DNA of 64,000 bases from Amoebophrya sp. A120 (Eukaryota; Protista; Dinoflagellata), in assembly GCA_905178155.1 (NCBI GenBank), contig CAJINV010000001.1:3859706-3923705 (forward strand). The letters are read 5' to 3'. This document shows, in pieces, positions 11,508 through 24,100 of this stretch. The notes under the pieces are model-generated. The model worked only from the letters and a program-made list of their open reading frames with translations. It searched no databases and was not told where the DNA came from. The translations under genes were made by a program, and so were the position numbers. The number at the start of each line of letters is the position of its first letter. Within the stretch, counting starts at the first letter, position 1.

Positions 11508-14500
11508 CGATGGACGATTGAATCAAGAAAAATATTATCATGAACGTGTGTCATTTCATCAGAATTCAAGAGCCAGCGCCCTTCTACTCAGAAAGCATTC
11601 CACCAGGATGAATTCGCATAACTGTCCATAGTCGAAGTTTCTTTGCTCTAGTTGTACCAGGTAATAAAGGCACCCTAATTATAAGTAAACCTTTGCGCAA
11701 GTTATGGGCGTCTAGACACGTTGTCTGGGTGAGCACCGTAGTCACACAAGATGGAAATGTATATTTTTTACTCAGCTCGTCCTCCTAGTTCTGATTCTGT
11801 AACGTCCACATGTACAAGTAGATGCAATTACGGGTTTATGTGAAACAAGAATGATCGTTATTCAGTTTACGAAACAGATATAATCAAAAGACAGGCCTCC
11901 AACCCGGGTGCAATTTCGTGCCGATCTTCGGGAGTCTCGGAAATTTCAGTACGCGGCAGCTATGCATTGCCAATGTATCGCGTATGTGCGGGTACGGAAT
12001 AACTTCTAGCAGCGGGGTCTTCATCCGAACACCCCGAGCTGTTGTAGGTTTTGCATTGTAAAAACAGTTCGTCGTAGATCTAGATTTTGCATTGCAATAT
12101 ATGCAGCTCATCTCCCTGTTTTGCTGCTTCTGCAGCGTTAGTACGACGTCAATAGGGAAAACCAGTTGATGCTGTTCGGAACTTTTCCATACCTCAGCAC
12201 ACACGATTCTTTTGCATTGGAGAGTACGAGCCAGCTCTGTCGCTTGCTGCACGTGCCGACAACTGCACCGTCATCTTCCGAAGGTGGTCGTTTTTTCTCG
12301 ATGGCCGAGTCTAGAATTTTTTTTCGGGTCTATCTGCTGTATCTAATGATGAACTTTTACTGCAACGTAAGAACAACTCCACAGAAGTCGAGCTGCTTTG
12401 GCAGATTGTCCAAATACTTACAAAATTTTGAAACGCAGCTAATAGAAGCTGGATAATTTTTGAAACGCGTTTTTCGGTGTTTCGATTTCACCACACGACG
12501 ATGGCTACTTTTTTCATTTTACTGAAGGCGTAGTCGATGCTGGACAAGTTGTGCTTGTGCTAATACATCTCCACTAAATAGGCTCGGTCTACCATAACCA
12601 TTGCTGCTGGTTGTTCCGCGTTTGCTTACTTAAAACAGCACGTACTTATTATTATATTTTTTTCCGAATACAAATACTACCACTGGAACTAGATCTACTA
12701 TTAATTTTTGCGCTCGCAGTCTGCGGCGCGTTTCTCTGTCCCGAGATGGAATAGTGCACCAGCAGCGCTTTTTGTGGTGGATTTACTAGGTAGAGCAATG
12801 CAAGAACGTAAACAGTAATACGTCCCCGTAAGTAGAGCATGCGTTCTTGCACCAAAAATTGTTCAAGAACAAGATATCTCTCTTTGTATATTTATGTTTT
12901 TTGCGCAAGTCGCACTTCCCTGCCATCAGGCTTAGAGGAAATTAAGAAATAAAAAAAAAAGAATTAAGACTACAAAATTTGCCTGCGCTATAATTTGATT
13001 TTCGGAAACCTCCGAGGGAGCTGGCTCCATTCTCGTACTGATGCCAAGTTTTCTTTCGCAGTTGCCATTACATAACGGCCCAATAAATGCGAAACGATAA
13101 TATACGCATCGACATCCGTATCTCAGCCACGCCAGCGGAACCTGTAGAAGGTCAGAAAAGTATAGCATCATCTTCATTCAAGTGCCATGTACCCCGCCCT
13201 GTAGTACTACCAGTTAAGATTGAAGTTATATTCACTACAATTGAAAGAAAAGGAGGACGAAACACTGGACTCCCTTTGCGTAGTTGTAAAAATGCAGCAT
13301 CAACAGCTTCAATTAACGCAGTCAAGAACTGGCTCGTCCTCGAGCTCAGTTTCCCAAAGGAATCAGAATTACTACCATAGTATACCATAGAGGAAGCTTA
13401 GTGGCTGCAGAATTCCAGCCATGTCGCGGGCAAATGCAGGCATGTTGATTATCTTCGGAGTCATTGTACAATTTCGATTTCCCGAGCATTAGCTCGTTAG
13501 GATTGTAACTCCTCGTAGTCTTTCTACTTTAATATCTAGTATTAATCGAGGCCGGATACTGAAAGAATTGGAATTCTCTCACTGACTCACCTGCTTCCTC
13601 AGTATCGATCCTTTGGGTTTGACTGTAGTTACCGTGCCCGCATTATTTTTTTATACGTTTTTATCCAGTCGCTGTTTGTTTTCCATATCTTTCTTTTCCA
13701 CTTCTGTTCCACGGACTGGCCGCATTTTGAATGCTTTTTGTTGTTTCTGTGCAAAACAAATGTATAATATAGCTATCAATAAAATTAATTTTACCTGATC
13801 GGGTAATATGCTTTGCTGATTGCATGATTTGTGGTAACAGCCGCTGCTCTCGGTGACTCTTTCGAGACACAATGAAGAGACTAGTATTCGTAGTTTTTTC
13901 TACTGATCAGCTACATGGAAGCCATTGCGTCTGCGCGTCGAGAAGTACAACAGTGTTGCCCAGGTAGCAATAGCCTTCTAGGGGCGATAGCAACCACGTC
14001 AACATTATTGATTCCATCACGCGATCACCATGGTTCTTCGATCTCTAGCCTTTTTAAATTCAAACAAAGAGTAAAGGCACCAAAAAAGCGGTATGGTTTG
14101 ATGAAGCTGGCAAATCAAGATTTTTCATGGTGATTGTTCCTTTAGCAAAATTAACAAACCTCACGCTTTGGATTATAGATACTAGGAGATGATGACTTTA
14201 ACTTTGTGTAGCTATAGCTTGAACCCGCGAGTAGAGGACCACGGAGCGACGGACTTCCTGCAGTGTGCTCGCGCCACCGGTTCTGCCATCCTTGTGGCAT
14301 GATGATGTGCGTGGGACAATTGTCAGGCGGTTTCGTCAATGTCTTCTATGTCGCCTCCTTGAGTTTTATTAGCCGACACTGCGTCTACTTTTTGTAGAAT
14401 GAATGTATGCCCCTACTTTATGGTGCAGCTTCATGTGTATTCCAACGGGGCCATCTTTTTTTTTTTTGGCTCCGGGGCCGCTTTTTTTTTTGGCTTCAGG

Positions 14501-14714
14501 TCCGCTTTTTTTTGGCTCACAGCGGAACTACACAAGAAGAAGACAACAGCATCTTGACGGATTTGCTGCATTCCGCGGATGGGTTCACGTAGTCTCTTAA
14601 AGGAGCAGCTGCAACACGGCGCTGATGAGAAATTGGATGGTGGTGAGTGTGGCTTCATCACATTATAGAATGAAGCATGACTTGCAACCTCTAAAACGAA
14701 ACGACATCGGAAAC

Positions 14715-15740
14715 TATCCTCGTTCGGGAACGAGGCGCGCAGTCCCCGGATTTTTTCAAAAAGTGAGAACGCAATGAGTTTTCGCCTGGGCAGCTCTCGT
14801 TCTGGACCGAGAAACGCAGTGAAAACTCACTGAATTTCCACTCCAGGACTTTTCAAAAAATGAGAACGCAGTGAGTTCTCACTCGGCTTCTCGTTTCGGA
14901 ACGAGAAATGAAGTGAGAACTTACTGAATAAATTCTCACTCCAGGACTTTTCAAGGAGTGAGAACTCAATGAGTTCTCACTTGGTTTTCGTTCCGGAACG
15001 AGAAATGTAGTGAGTAGAATTCACTGAATTCTCAATCCCGGAAAATTCGTGATCCCAAAGTGGGACTTTTCAAAAAATGAATATTCACTGAATTTTCACT
15101 CGATTTCTCGTTCCGGAACGAGAAGCCGAGTGAAAATTCAGTGAATTTTCACTTTTTGAAAGATTTCACTCCGGGAGCGAGGTTTTTCCGGAGTTGCACT
15201 CTCACTCCCGAAAAATTCGTGGCCCCAAAGTTAAAATTTTCAAAAAGTGAAAATTCAGTGAGTTTTCACTTTTTGAAAAAAATCACTTTTGGAGCATGCA
15301 TGTTCCAAAAGTGATTTTTTTGAAAAAGTGAAAATTCACTGAATTTTCAGTTTCGGAAAATTTTCACTCTGGAACATGCATGCTCCAAAAGTGATTTTTT
15401 TCAAAAAGTGAAAATTCAGTGAGTTTTCACTTTTTGAAAATTTTCACTTTGGGATCACGAATTCTCCGGGAGTGAAAATTAAGCTCCGGGAAAACCCCTC
15501 TCCCGGAGTGAAACCCGGAGTGAAATCTTTCAAAAAGTGAAAACTCACTGAGTTTTCACTCGATTTCTCGTTCGGAACTAGAAATCGAGTGAAAATTCAG
15601 TGAATTTTCACTCCTCGAAAAATCTCACTGCAGAATTTCAAAAAGCTAATTTATTACTCGGCTTCTCGTTCTTCCGGAGCGAGACCTCGCTGAATTATCA
15701 ACAAACCCGGATAAAAACTATCTCACTCCGGAAATTTTTT
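14715..15740. repeat. Nested palindromic repeat array
   Basis: Four ~95-120 bp tandem units at 14753-15160, built from TGAAAATTCA-N-TGAATTTTCA and CTCGTTCCGGAACGAG palindromes. Large inverted repeat ~15078-15338 / 15340-15610 centred at 15339. Confidence 0.9.
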
Positions 15741-16499
15741 TGCGATTGTGAGCCTTCTAATTGCAGCGCGTTACTGCCCGCGCCACACCGTCGAGAGGAA
15801 CGCTCTGCCACACTGCCTGCAAGGTGCTTGCAATGTCGTGCGTAGGCCGTGCCTGATTTTTGTGGATGGTTCGCAACATCGCCCGATGCTTTGCCTTTGG
15901 CTTCAATATGTTTGTTCAAAACGCTCGAAATTATAGCACTTGGGCTCTCGTTCCCCAACGAGGGGAGTTTCCGACGCAAAAGGGGGGGCCTTTGCAAGTC
16001 ATGGAATGAAGACAAATACAACACCTTGATGCAGCTGCTCCGCCACCACAGCTTGCTACTCCGGTACCGCATCTTCCCGCCGCCGCCGCTCATGCTAGTA
16101 GACAGAAAGTCACGACTCTTCCTGATCGTCTGCTTATTATCCCGGCAAGCAAAGCTAGCGCGCATGTTATGTTTGTAATGCAAAAAAAAAGGCCAAAAGG
16201 AAAACGAACAGAAAATCAAATGCAAAAAGAACATTCGAATCGGAAGTCTGTCGTGAGCGATTCAATCTTGGCATCATGCAAATCGATTAGGATACTATGC
16301 AAGATGAAGAAGACAAGTATAAATTTTTAGAGGTTCTAGTGGCCGCTTTGGTTTTGTGATAGTACAAACAATGTTGATGCATGTGTTTGTTTTGCATCAC
16401 AATGTGCCTGCTAGATTTTCCTTCTGGGATACTATGTACTGCTTCTGCCATACTTGTCGTGGCACGATAGTCAAGGCTTCGATTGTTCGGAGGCGTTTT

Positions 16500-16835
16500 T
16501 ATGCATCGCAAATGTGTATTCTGAGCCTGGAAGAGTGCCATCAACTTGTGCAATTGCTTTATTAATCGGAAGATGCGAAAATCAGATTTTCGCAATCTGT
16601 GAAGATGCATGGATGAGTTGCATGAGTAAACGCAATACAGTTGGCGATGCAGGAAGCCCATTTATTAGGCACAACTGAAGAGTAACCGTCAGAGAATTTG
16701 ACGTGCAGAGGTTGGCGCTGTTCGAGAGACTTTATTCTGCTGCGTACGCAGCCACTTCCTGTTCCTTCATCCGCACTGCAAATGGGATGATGCCTCGACG
16801 CACTTTTCCAGACCCAGACGTACTTGCGCCGCATA
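16500..16835. mobile_element. Decayed family A element outside recognisable coding sequence
   Basis: TATGCATCGCAAATGTGTATTCTGAGCCTGGAA / TTCCAGACCCAGACGTACTTGCGCCGCATA; flanks GTTTT/GGTTC (3/5). Confidence 0.65.
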
Positions 16836-18171
16836 GGTTCTTTTTATCTACCGCAACACCAAGAAACTCAGACTGAACCGACAGTTCGCAGTCGGCGAGG
16901 AGAGCCTTGTTGTTTTTGGCAGCAAGAACAGGGGGATGAGGAGCTAAATCACAAATACAGCGACAGCAATTCGTATGCCGATCGTAGAATAAAAATTTGA
17001 AGACTGGATAAGTATGAATTTCAGACTCCCCATAGAAGATGCAAACTATGATAAAGAATAAAACAGAATTAGCGAAAACGAGCGTCATTATATCAATCTA
17101 ACAGTAACAAATCCTCGTGTGAAGGACCACGTCGAATCTGCTACTACTCGTGTTGGAGTGTAAGACCTGCTGAAAAAAAGATGAATTCATTTTCTTTTGT
17201 TGAAAAAGGGATTATGACACCAACAACAACAAGCGTTGTTTTATAGTTTCGCTTTCTTCAAGGACTTAAAATTCTTTTCTTCCACTGAATGCATGTGATC
17301 GCTCCTCACATGAGAACGAGAACGACACGACAGCAATCTATCAGATGAAGAACAGAAATACTTATACTGAAAATCTTTTCGATCAAAAATTATGAATCAT
17401 GGACCCTGTGGCCAGTCATGTTGTTCGCACGCCGAGTGACATTGACTACAGACGGCAGGCACGTTTATAATATCTTCAAATGTGCTGGCGGTGTGAAGAT
17501 ATTATTAATTATGTGTGAGAGCAAGCCCAACGTATATTTTAATTTTTCTCCTGTGTTCGATTTGAGTTGGGTTTTCCCTTGTCGTTATTCGTGGGTAGTG
17601 GAAGCAACGTCAGGAGGGTTTGTGGCGTGGAATTATGCTTGCTGTAGTGTAATATTCATTTTCTACCGCTACCGACACGACGAGCAAGGTGCGCGAGCAA
17701 CCCGGCAGAGCGCTATGAGTGTGATTCTGTCTTCGCTGTGAGTTTTCGTCGCGAAGATCTTCTTTTAAAGTCGTTTCACATCGATCCGTCGTCGCCTACA
17801 ACGAACTGGGATCGCTTTTTTGAGTATGGAGGCATAATGAAAAACACGTCTTCACCAAGAAGTCTCTTCGAGGTCGAGTTGCAGTCCTCGGTTGTCGAGC
17901 TAGTTCCTAGTTGTTTTCTGTCGGAATCGTACTTCACACCTAGTTTGAGAGTGATGCATTTTTCCTCGTGTCGTGATAGTGACACTACACCAAGACCCGA
18001 CTGGAAGTGGAATCAGTCGAAATTATATTTGTAAGTCTCAGCCGCGTTAATTCTAGAGACCAGACTTATTTTTACGTGGTAGAGGTATCATGAGATAGAC
18101 ACTCCACGCCTACACCTGCAAGGCAGGACGACTTCGAGCGCAGTAGCAGTGCTATATACAACACGACCGCC

Positions 18172-21100
18172 ATGGATTTGTTGCTTTTCACTTTGTCTGG
18201 CGCGAGCTCGGGCGGCGCAGATGATCATACGGCCTCAAGTATTACTAGCAAGCAAAAAACCCTCGCAGAAAAATCGCAATCAGCATCGGAAACAACAACG
18301 ACAAACCCACACCCGGTTTTAAACACCAGAAGTGACGACACCGACGCCCGCCACGATCCGTTTTGCCTGCTCCCGCATGCGAGCGGGTGGAAAAGTGGCA
18401 AATGTTGCAACTATCCACAAGAGCTGATTCTGGAGCTGGATGCCGACGCGAGCGTGAAGGAGGTTTCACTGGAAAGCGTGGGCCCATTTGCCCCGTCGAG
18501 GGTCGAGCTTTACGCCGGTGTTGCCGGTTCCCCGCGCCATCAGCGTGGAGTACTTAAAACCTCGTCCGGAAGCAACCTCAATCCAACAGGCAGAGCAGCA
18601 GGGACAACAGCGCCTGGTGCTCCTTCGGGAGCAGAAAATTACAGACGCGCGAACGCTTCTCGCACACGGCCCGGCGGCGGAGGGCAAAACCAGCAGCAGC
18701 AGCTCTTCACCACCGCGATGTCGTCCACATCAACTTCAACAAAGTCCCCGTTTGATCGGTCCGCGGTGTCTTGGGAAAAGATCGGAGAGTTTTCGAAGAA
18801 ATCATCGGCGTCCTTCGTTCTCCGCCAGTACAGCGTCCCGCACAACGGCTGGCTCAAATTGGTGTTGTTTCGGCCGCCCGTCGGGGCGGTTTCCAGCGAC
18901 CACCAAAATCCGTACAGCCGCGTCTTGGTCAAGTCGCTGGAGATATGGGGCGAAGTTTTCCAAGACACCCGAAAGTTGCTCGCGAAAGAGCGCGCGGCGA
19001 AGCGGTTGCGCGGCTTGGGCGCGGCTGCACCAGGGGCAGCAGGGGCTGCTTCTTCGATGAACATCGTCGAGCAGCCAGTCGCTGGTCGTGGCCTGGTTCA
19101 TCTTGCGGCCTCATCCTCATCTTTGTCGCCCCTTCGCAAAGCAGGACTATCAAGTGCGAATATGGCTGGGTCTGGAAGGATGCAACTTCTGATGCGCATT
19201 TCACATCACACAAAAATCTGTCATGCATGTAAGCCAAAAGGTGCACATTTCCGGCCACCGAAAGAAGGGCTTTGTCATGCGGATAACGCATTAGGAGACC
19301 AGACCTTCTCAAAACCTGTCATGCTAGGGCGTGCATGAAAGACCTTCTGGGTCATGCCAAGGCTGCATCACAAACCTCTGCATTTTTCCAGACCCAGACA
19401 TTTTTACATTTGATAAGGACACGCAGCAGACAACTACTACAAGCCGAAGCAGCCCGTGCTGGAGGCCACGTGGATGGAGCTCGGGCTGCCGCTGGAGGCC
19501 ATCCCGGTGACCGCGCGAAGACGAACGCGGAACCAGCTGGACAGCTACAGCAACGGGCTGGCGGAAGAACTGCTGAAGAAACAGCAGCAAGCGGTCCGGA
19601 ACCAGCAGCCCGGGATTGCCCAGAAACTGCAGTACCACCTGGACGACGTGATCCGGCTGGGGGAGAAGATCCTTCAGTTGGAGGAAGACCGGAAAGCGCT
19701 GGTGGACATCCACTGCCTGCCCCGGGCCGAGAAGAAGGAGGAGGCGGTGCGGGCGCTGAAGCGGGAGGTCCTGGAGATCGGCGCCGCCACGGACACGACC
19801 TGGTGGGAGCAGCAGATGGTGTATCAAATGTAAAAATGTCTGGGTCTGGAAGAATGCAACTTGTGATGCTGAATTTGGATTCCAAAAAAATCTGTATTGC
19901 ATGAGCAGCAATGGGATTGTAATTTTTGCTACGCGGAGAGGGCATTTGTCATGCGGAATAGGCATTGCGAGGGTCTCAAAAAATCTGTGATGCTAGGGCA
20001 TGCATCACAGACATCATGGCCCAGGCAAAACATGCATGACAAGTCTCAGAATCTTCCAGACCCAGACATTTTTACATTTGATATGGTGCTGCCGCGCCCC
20101 GCCGCGGATGAGTTTTTCCGCGTCGACTTCGAGGCCAAGATCCGGCAGCTGCAGACGCTGCTCGAGGAGGAGCGGAATTCCCGGTCCCGCGTCAACACCA
20201 TGCTGGACGACGCGGAGGCGAAGCTGGCGCACTTGCGGAAGGAGTACGAAGCATTAGAGGACGTGGACACCGCCAAACAACTGCAGATCTCGCGGCTCGA
20301 GGAAGCACTCCTGTTGGCGCGCGAGGAGCGGCAAGTGATCACGCTCAGCGAACGGCTGCAGGAAGACCGAGAGAGACTGGACGGGATGATGGAGGTGGCG
20401 GGGGACAACATGCTGCTGCGAAGTCCGGAACTGGGCGGACGCGCCGGAGACCAGTTGTCCACGGCGAGGCGCCGGATGTCGGAGGAGGTAGGAGAAGGCG
20501 TGCCAGGGTCGTCGTCTGGCGGGGAGGACGGTTACTTGCAACAGCAGGACCAAGATGGCACAGCGTTGTTTCCGTCCGCAACCGCATCGGTATTTCCTCG
20601 TGGAGGTGACGGCGAGAAGGACGAGGATGCGTTTTCCTTTGACCTGCATCACGATCCGAAGCAAGCAGTCGACTTTGAACACAGCAGCGGCACACCGCCG
20701 CGTCCCTCGGAAGGCGACTTGGCCTCGCGAACCGCGTCGAAGGTCGACGGGGGTGGGCAAGAAGAGCTTGGGCAAGACGACGGACTTCTAAGAAGAGGGT
20801 CACAAAATGCCCGCTTAGGTCCTCAGGGGACCTTCGACCCACCCAGCTGGGTGGGCCTTAGGTCCCCTGCCCTAAAAATTATTACAAGGTAACAAGAAGC
20901 CTAGACGTAACCGGGCGGGTCCGGGTCACGTTCGTCCGGCCGGCCGGACGGCACGTGACCGGGGGTCAGTGGGTCGTGGCGGTCGGAGGTGGTGGCCGCC
21001 GGGAAGCGCGCTGCGCGCACCCGGGCAACGAAGAAAAACAAGGTCATGGCCGCTGCACGTCACTGGAGCAACACCTCTCTTGCCCACGCTCCGGACCCGG

Positions 21101-24100
21101 TCACGCAGCCGGGGCCGTCAGCTAGCTTGTGGGAGTATTCCATGCGGGCGCCTGGTCGCAAAGTGTACAGGGTTTACCCCTATAGGCATGCGGATTGATG
21201 TTTCCAATTTAGGGCTCAAGATTTTTTTTTTCTCGCCGACACGGCGCAGGCTCGCGTCGATGCTCTGGTGGTGTCGGCCTACTGTCACAACACACGGCGC
21301 AGCCCCCGGCGAATCACGACCGGAATAAGCGCACCGGTACCGATACCAGCTACCGCGGGCGCCCGCGCCCAACCAAAAAAGACAGGTCACGAGTTCGGCC
21401 CTTCACGGAAAAAGGGACGACTCTTGCCCCTGGTCTGCCCCCGGTGACGCGAGCTTTTAGCCCGAGCTCCCAACAACTAGGAAAAAAGTCATGCGCTCCG
21501 CCTTTCACGAAAAAAAGGCACGAATCCTCCCCGTGCTCCGTCCCCGGTCGCGGGGCCGCCGACTGTCTTGCTCCGGCGGCTCTGCGCATTGATCTAGTGT
21601 GGGGAGGGTTTTGGTTCTTAAGAAAGTAGCCCATCTCTGTACATATTAGCTGCTACTGCAGCGGCGCAAGGGAAGGCCAGCGCTGCTTAACCGACGGGCG
21701 CTGCTGCTGCTGCATTCAGCGCCGAAATCGCCCCGAGGCAGGAATGCCCCCGGTCCCGCGCCGTCCGGCCGGACGGACCGACGTGACTTCCCCGGCGGAA
21801 GCCAAAAAAAAAACTGAAACGGGCGAACGCGAGCTGCGGCGAATTCATAACTCAATTTTTCTGGCAGGGGACCTAAGGCCCACCCAGCTGGGTGGGTCGA
21901 AGGTCCCCTGAGGACCTAAGCGGACATTTTGTGACCCCCTTCTAACTCGCGAGAGAAGCGCAGCGGTGGAACTACTACAAGGTCGTGAGGAGGATGCGGA
22001 CGCTAGTACTTCGAAGGGGCCATCTACTGCGGAAAAGCGGCGCGAGTTGTTCAAAAAGCACTCGACGGTCGAAGAGGCTATTGACTCCCTTCTGGGCGGC
22101 GAGAATAACGCTGATGATTCTACTTCCCAAGTCGAAGATTTGTTGGAGGTTCTGACGGCCGGCGAAATTCTGGAGCACAATGTGATGGAGCGCGCGGCGC
22201 AGGCCTCGGCGGACAAAGTGAAGTCGGGGTCCGATGGAGAAGCGGCGCAAAAGCTCCGTGCGTCCTGGCTGGCGGGAAGCGATCCCCTCCGAGAAGATGG
22301 CGACGAAACGGTTCTTACAGGAGACGAGAACATGCCAGCAGGTATAGCAACTACGCTTCTTTCGCTTGCCAAGCTTCGGACCGAGCGGCTCCGTGACTGG
22401 TTGAACCCGGAAGACAAGCTCTTCCGTGCGGATTACCCGGGCCTCACGCTCCGCGAGTTGGCGGGGGCGCGGAAGAAAGTGGCGAACGCGAGGCGGCTGG
22501 AGCGAGTCGCGCAGTTCCAGCGCGCGGTCCGGAAAGCCAAGAAGCTTTCGGACGTCCTGCGCAAATTCACGCACCGCGAGGTCTTGGAGAACCTCACGGT
22601 CGGGCAGATCTTGGAAGCCGGCGTGTATGACGTGGATCTGCGGGTCGCCGAGGATCTCCTCCCGCCGACAGGAATGACGACAACCTCGAGCAGCAGCTCC
22701 GGCTTATCGACCGACCGCACCACGCCCCGAGTTGTAGCCGGCGACGAGGCGACACCGAGAGAAGACCATGAGGGGGAACAGGATGTACAAGATGCGACGA
22801 CGTCACACAGTGCGTCGAAGAAAGAAAAGAAAGAGAAGAAGAAAAAGAAAGAGAAAAAAGAAAAAAAGAAAAGCCGAGCGGAAGGCGCCTCGGCGACAGA
22901 TACAACAACTCAAGGTGAAGATGTTGGCGCAGCAGGACTACAGAAAGGAGGAAAAAAAGAGCGGTCGTGGGCTTTGCTCAGGAAGGCCTTTCTCGGGGAG
23001 GACGAGGACTTGCTGCGAAGGCCACGCGGAAAGGATGGCACAAACGCTGAGGGAAAAGTAGTTGACGAGGAAGCGAATCTTTCCGCCGAGGAACTGGGAC
23101 GACGAAGGATTAGTGCGATTTCGCAGATGCTCGACCCGGCAGATCCGCTGTACCGCGAGGGCGACCGGGACTTGACACTGCTGCAGCTCTTACAAGCGCG
23201 GAAAAAACGCGCAAGCGAACTCAAGCCTAGTACGCCGGTGGTTCCCGAGCTCAAAAACTTCCCGAACAAGGGCACGAATATTAAATCTGATGTCGAGCAC
23301 GCGGGCGGGTCCGGATCCGGGACAGAACAACAGATTCCGATTCGTGGCGAGGCTCTCACCGATTCCGCAAGGAAGGAGTTTGAAGAGCAGTTTAACATCT
23401 CGGCGGCAAACCCTCCAACGGTGACAACGATCACCGATCCGGTGACGGGGAAACAAATCTCCGTCCTAACCGATCCGAAGACCGGGGACGTCGTTTTGCA
23501 GGACGGAAAACCGATTGCCGTCGAGGTCGACGAAGAGGGAAAGCCGGTCCTGGCCGTAGGTGCCGACGGCGAGCCCACCATCCAATTGGCCGACGGCAGT
23601 GTGGTGAAGAGCAAGAATGTTATCCGGAAGGGCAGCGTCATCGAGCGCGTTTCCGCGGAGCAGGCGGTGAAAGCGACCGCGCAAATGGCGGCGGCCGTGG
23701 CACAAACTAGTAGTGCTACTGGGGACAACGAAGGTTCCTTCTGCTCTTTTATTTTTGGTGAACTTTCATGTGCAGCGCTTCGATAGCCCGACATGAGGAC
23801 GAGACAGTTTTTTCTACTTTTGGCTTTGCTTTTGCATTTGCTTCGTAGAGGGGGCCGAAGTTCAGCAAGGATAAAAGAACCAATGGAAAGGTTAAGCTTT
23901 CGAAAAGTACATTGCAATTTCAAATTATTTCACAGCTGCTGCCGACGCCGAGGTTGCGAAGGTGATGCAAAACCAAGACCAGCGCAAGGAGGAGGAGGAC
24001 GTCGGAGAGGAAGCCCCCGATGAGGATTTCCTGGCCTCTTGGGTCGACGAGTTTTTCTGGGAAGAGAAGGCCCAGAGCGAGAAGTACAAGGATATGAAAG

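Noticed and set aside
14715-15740. Possible CRISPR array
   Set aside because: No unique spacers, repeats are nested and inverted, no cas genes, and the context is eukaryotic.
15698-17100. Possible gene in the 11.5-18.1 kb gap (ORFs 15698-16234 minus, 15849-16178 plus)
   Set aside because: Short, no recognisable motifs, and no consistent exon chain could be built.
19335-19965. Recurrent peptides FFQTQTFLHLI / VKMSGSGR and MNCKSI in many ORFs, suggesting a repeated protein domain
   Set aside because: They are translations of family A and C TIRs, not protein motifs.
21204-21220. CCAATTTAGGGCTCAAG as a spliced-leader remnant
   Set aside because: Too short and mismatched to distinguish from chance.
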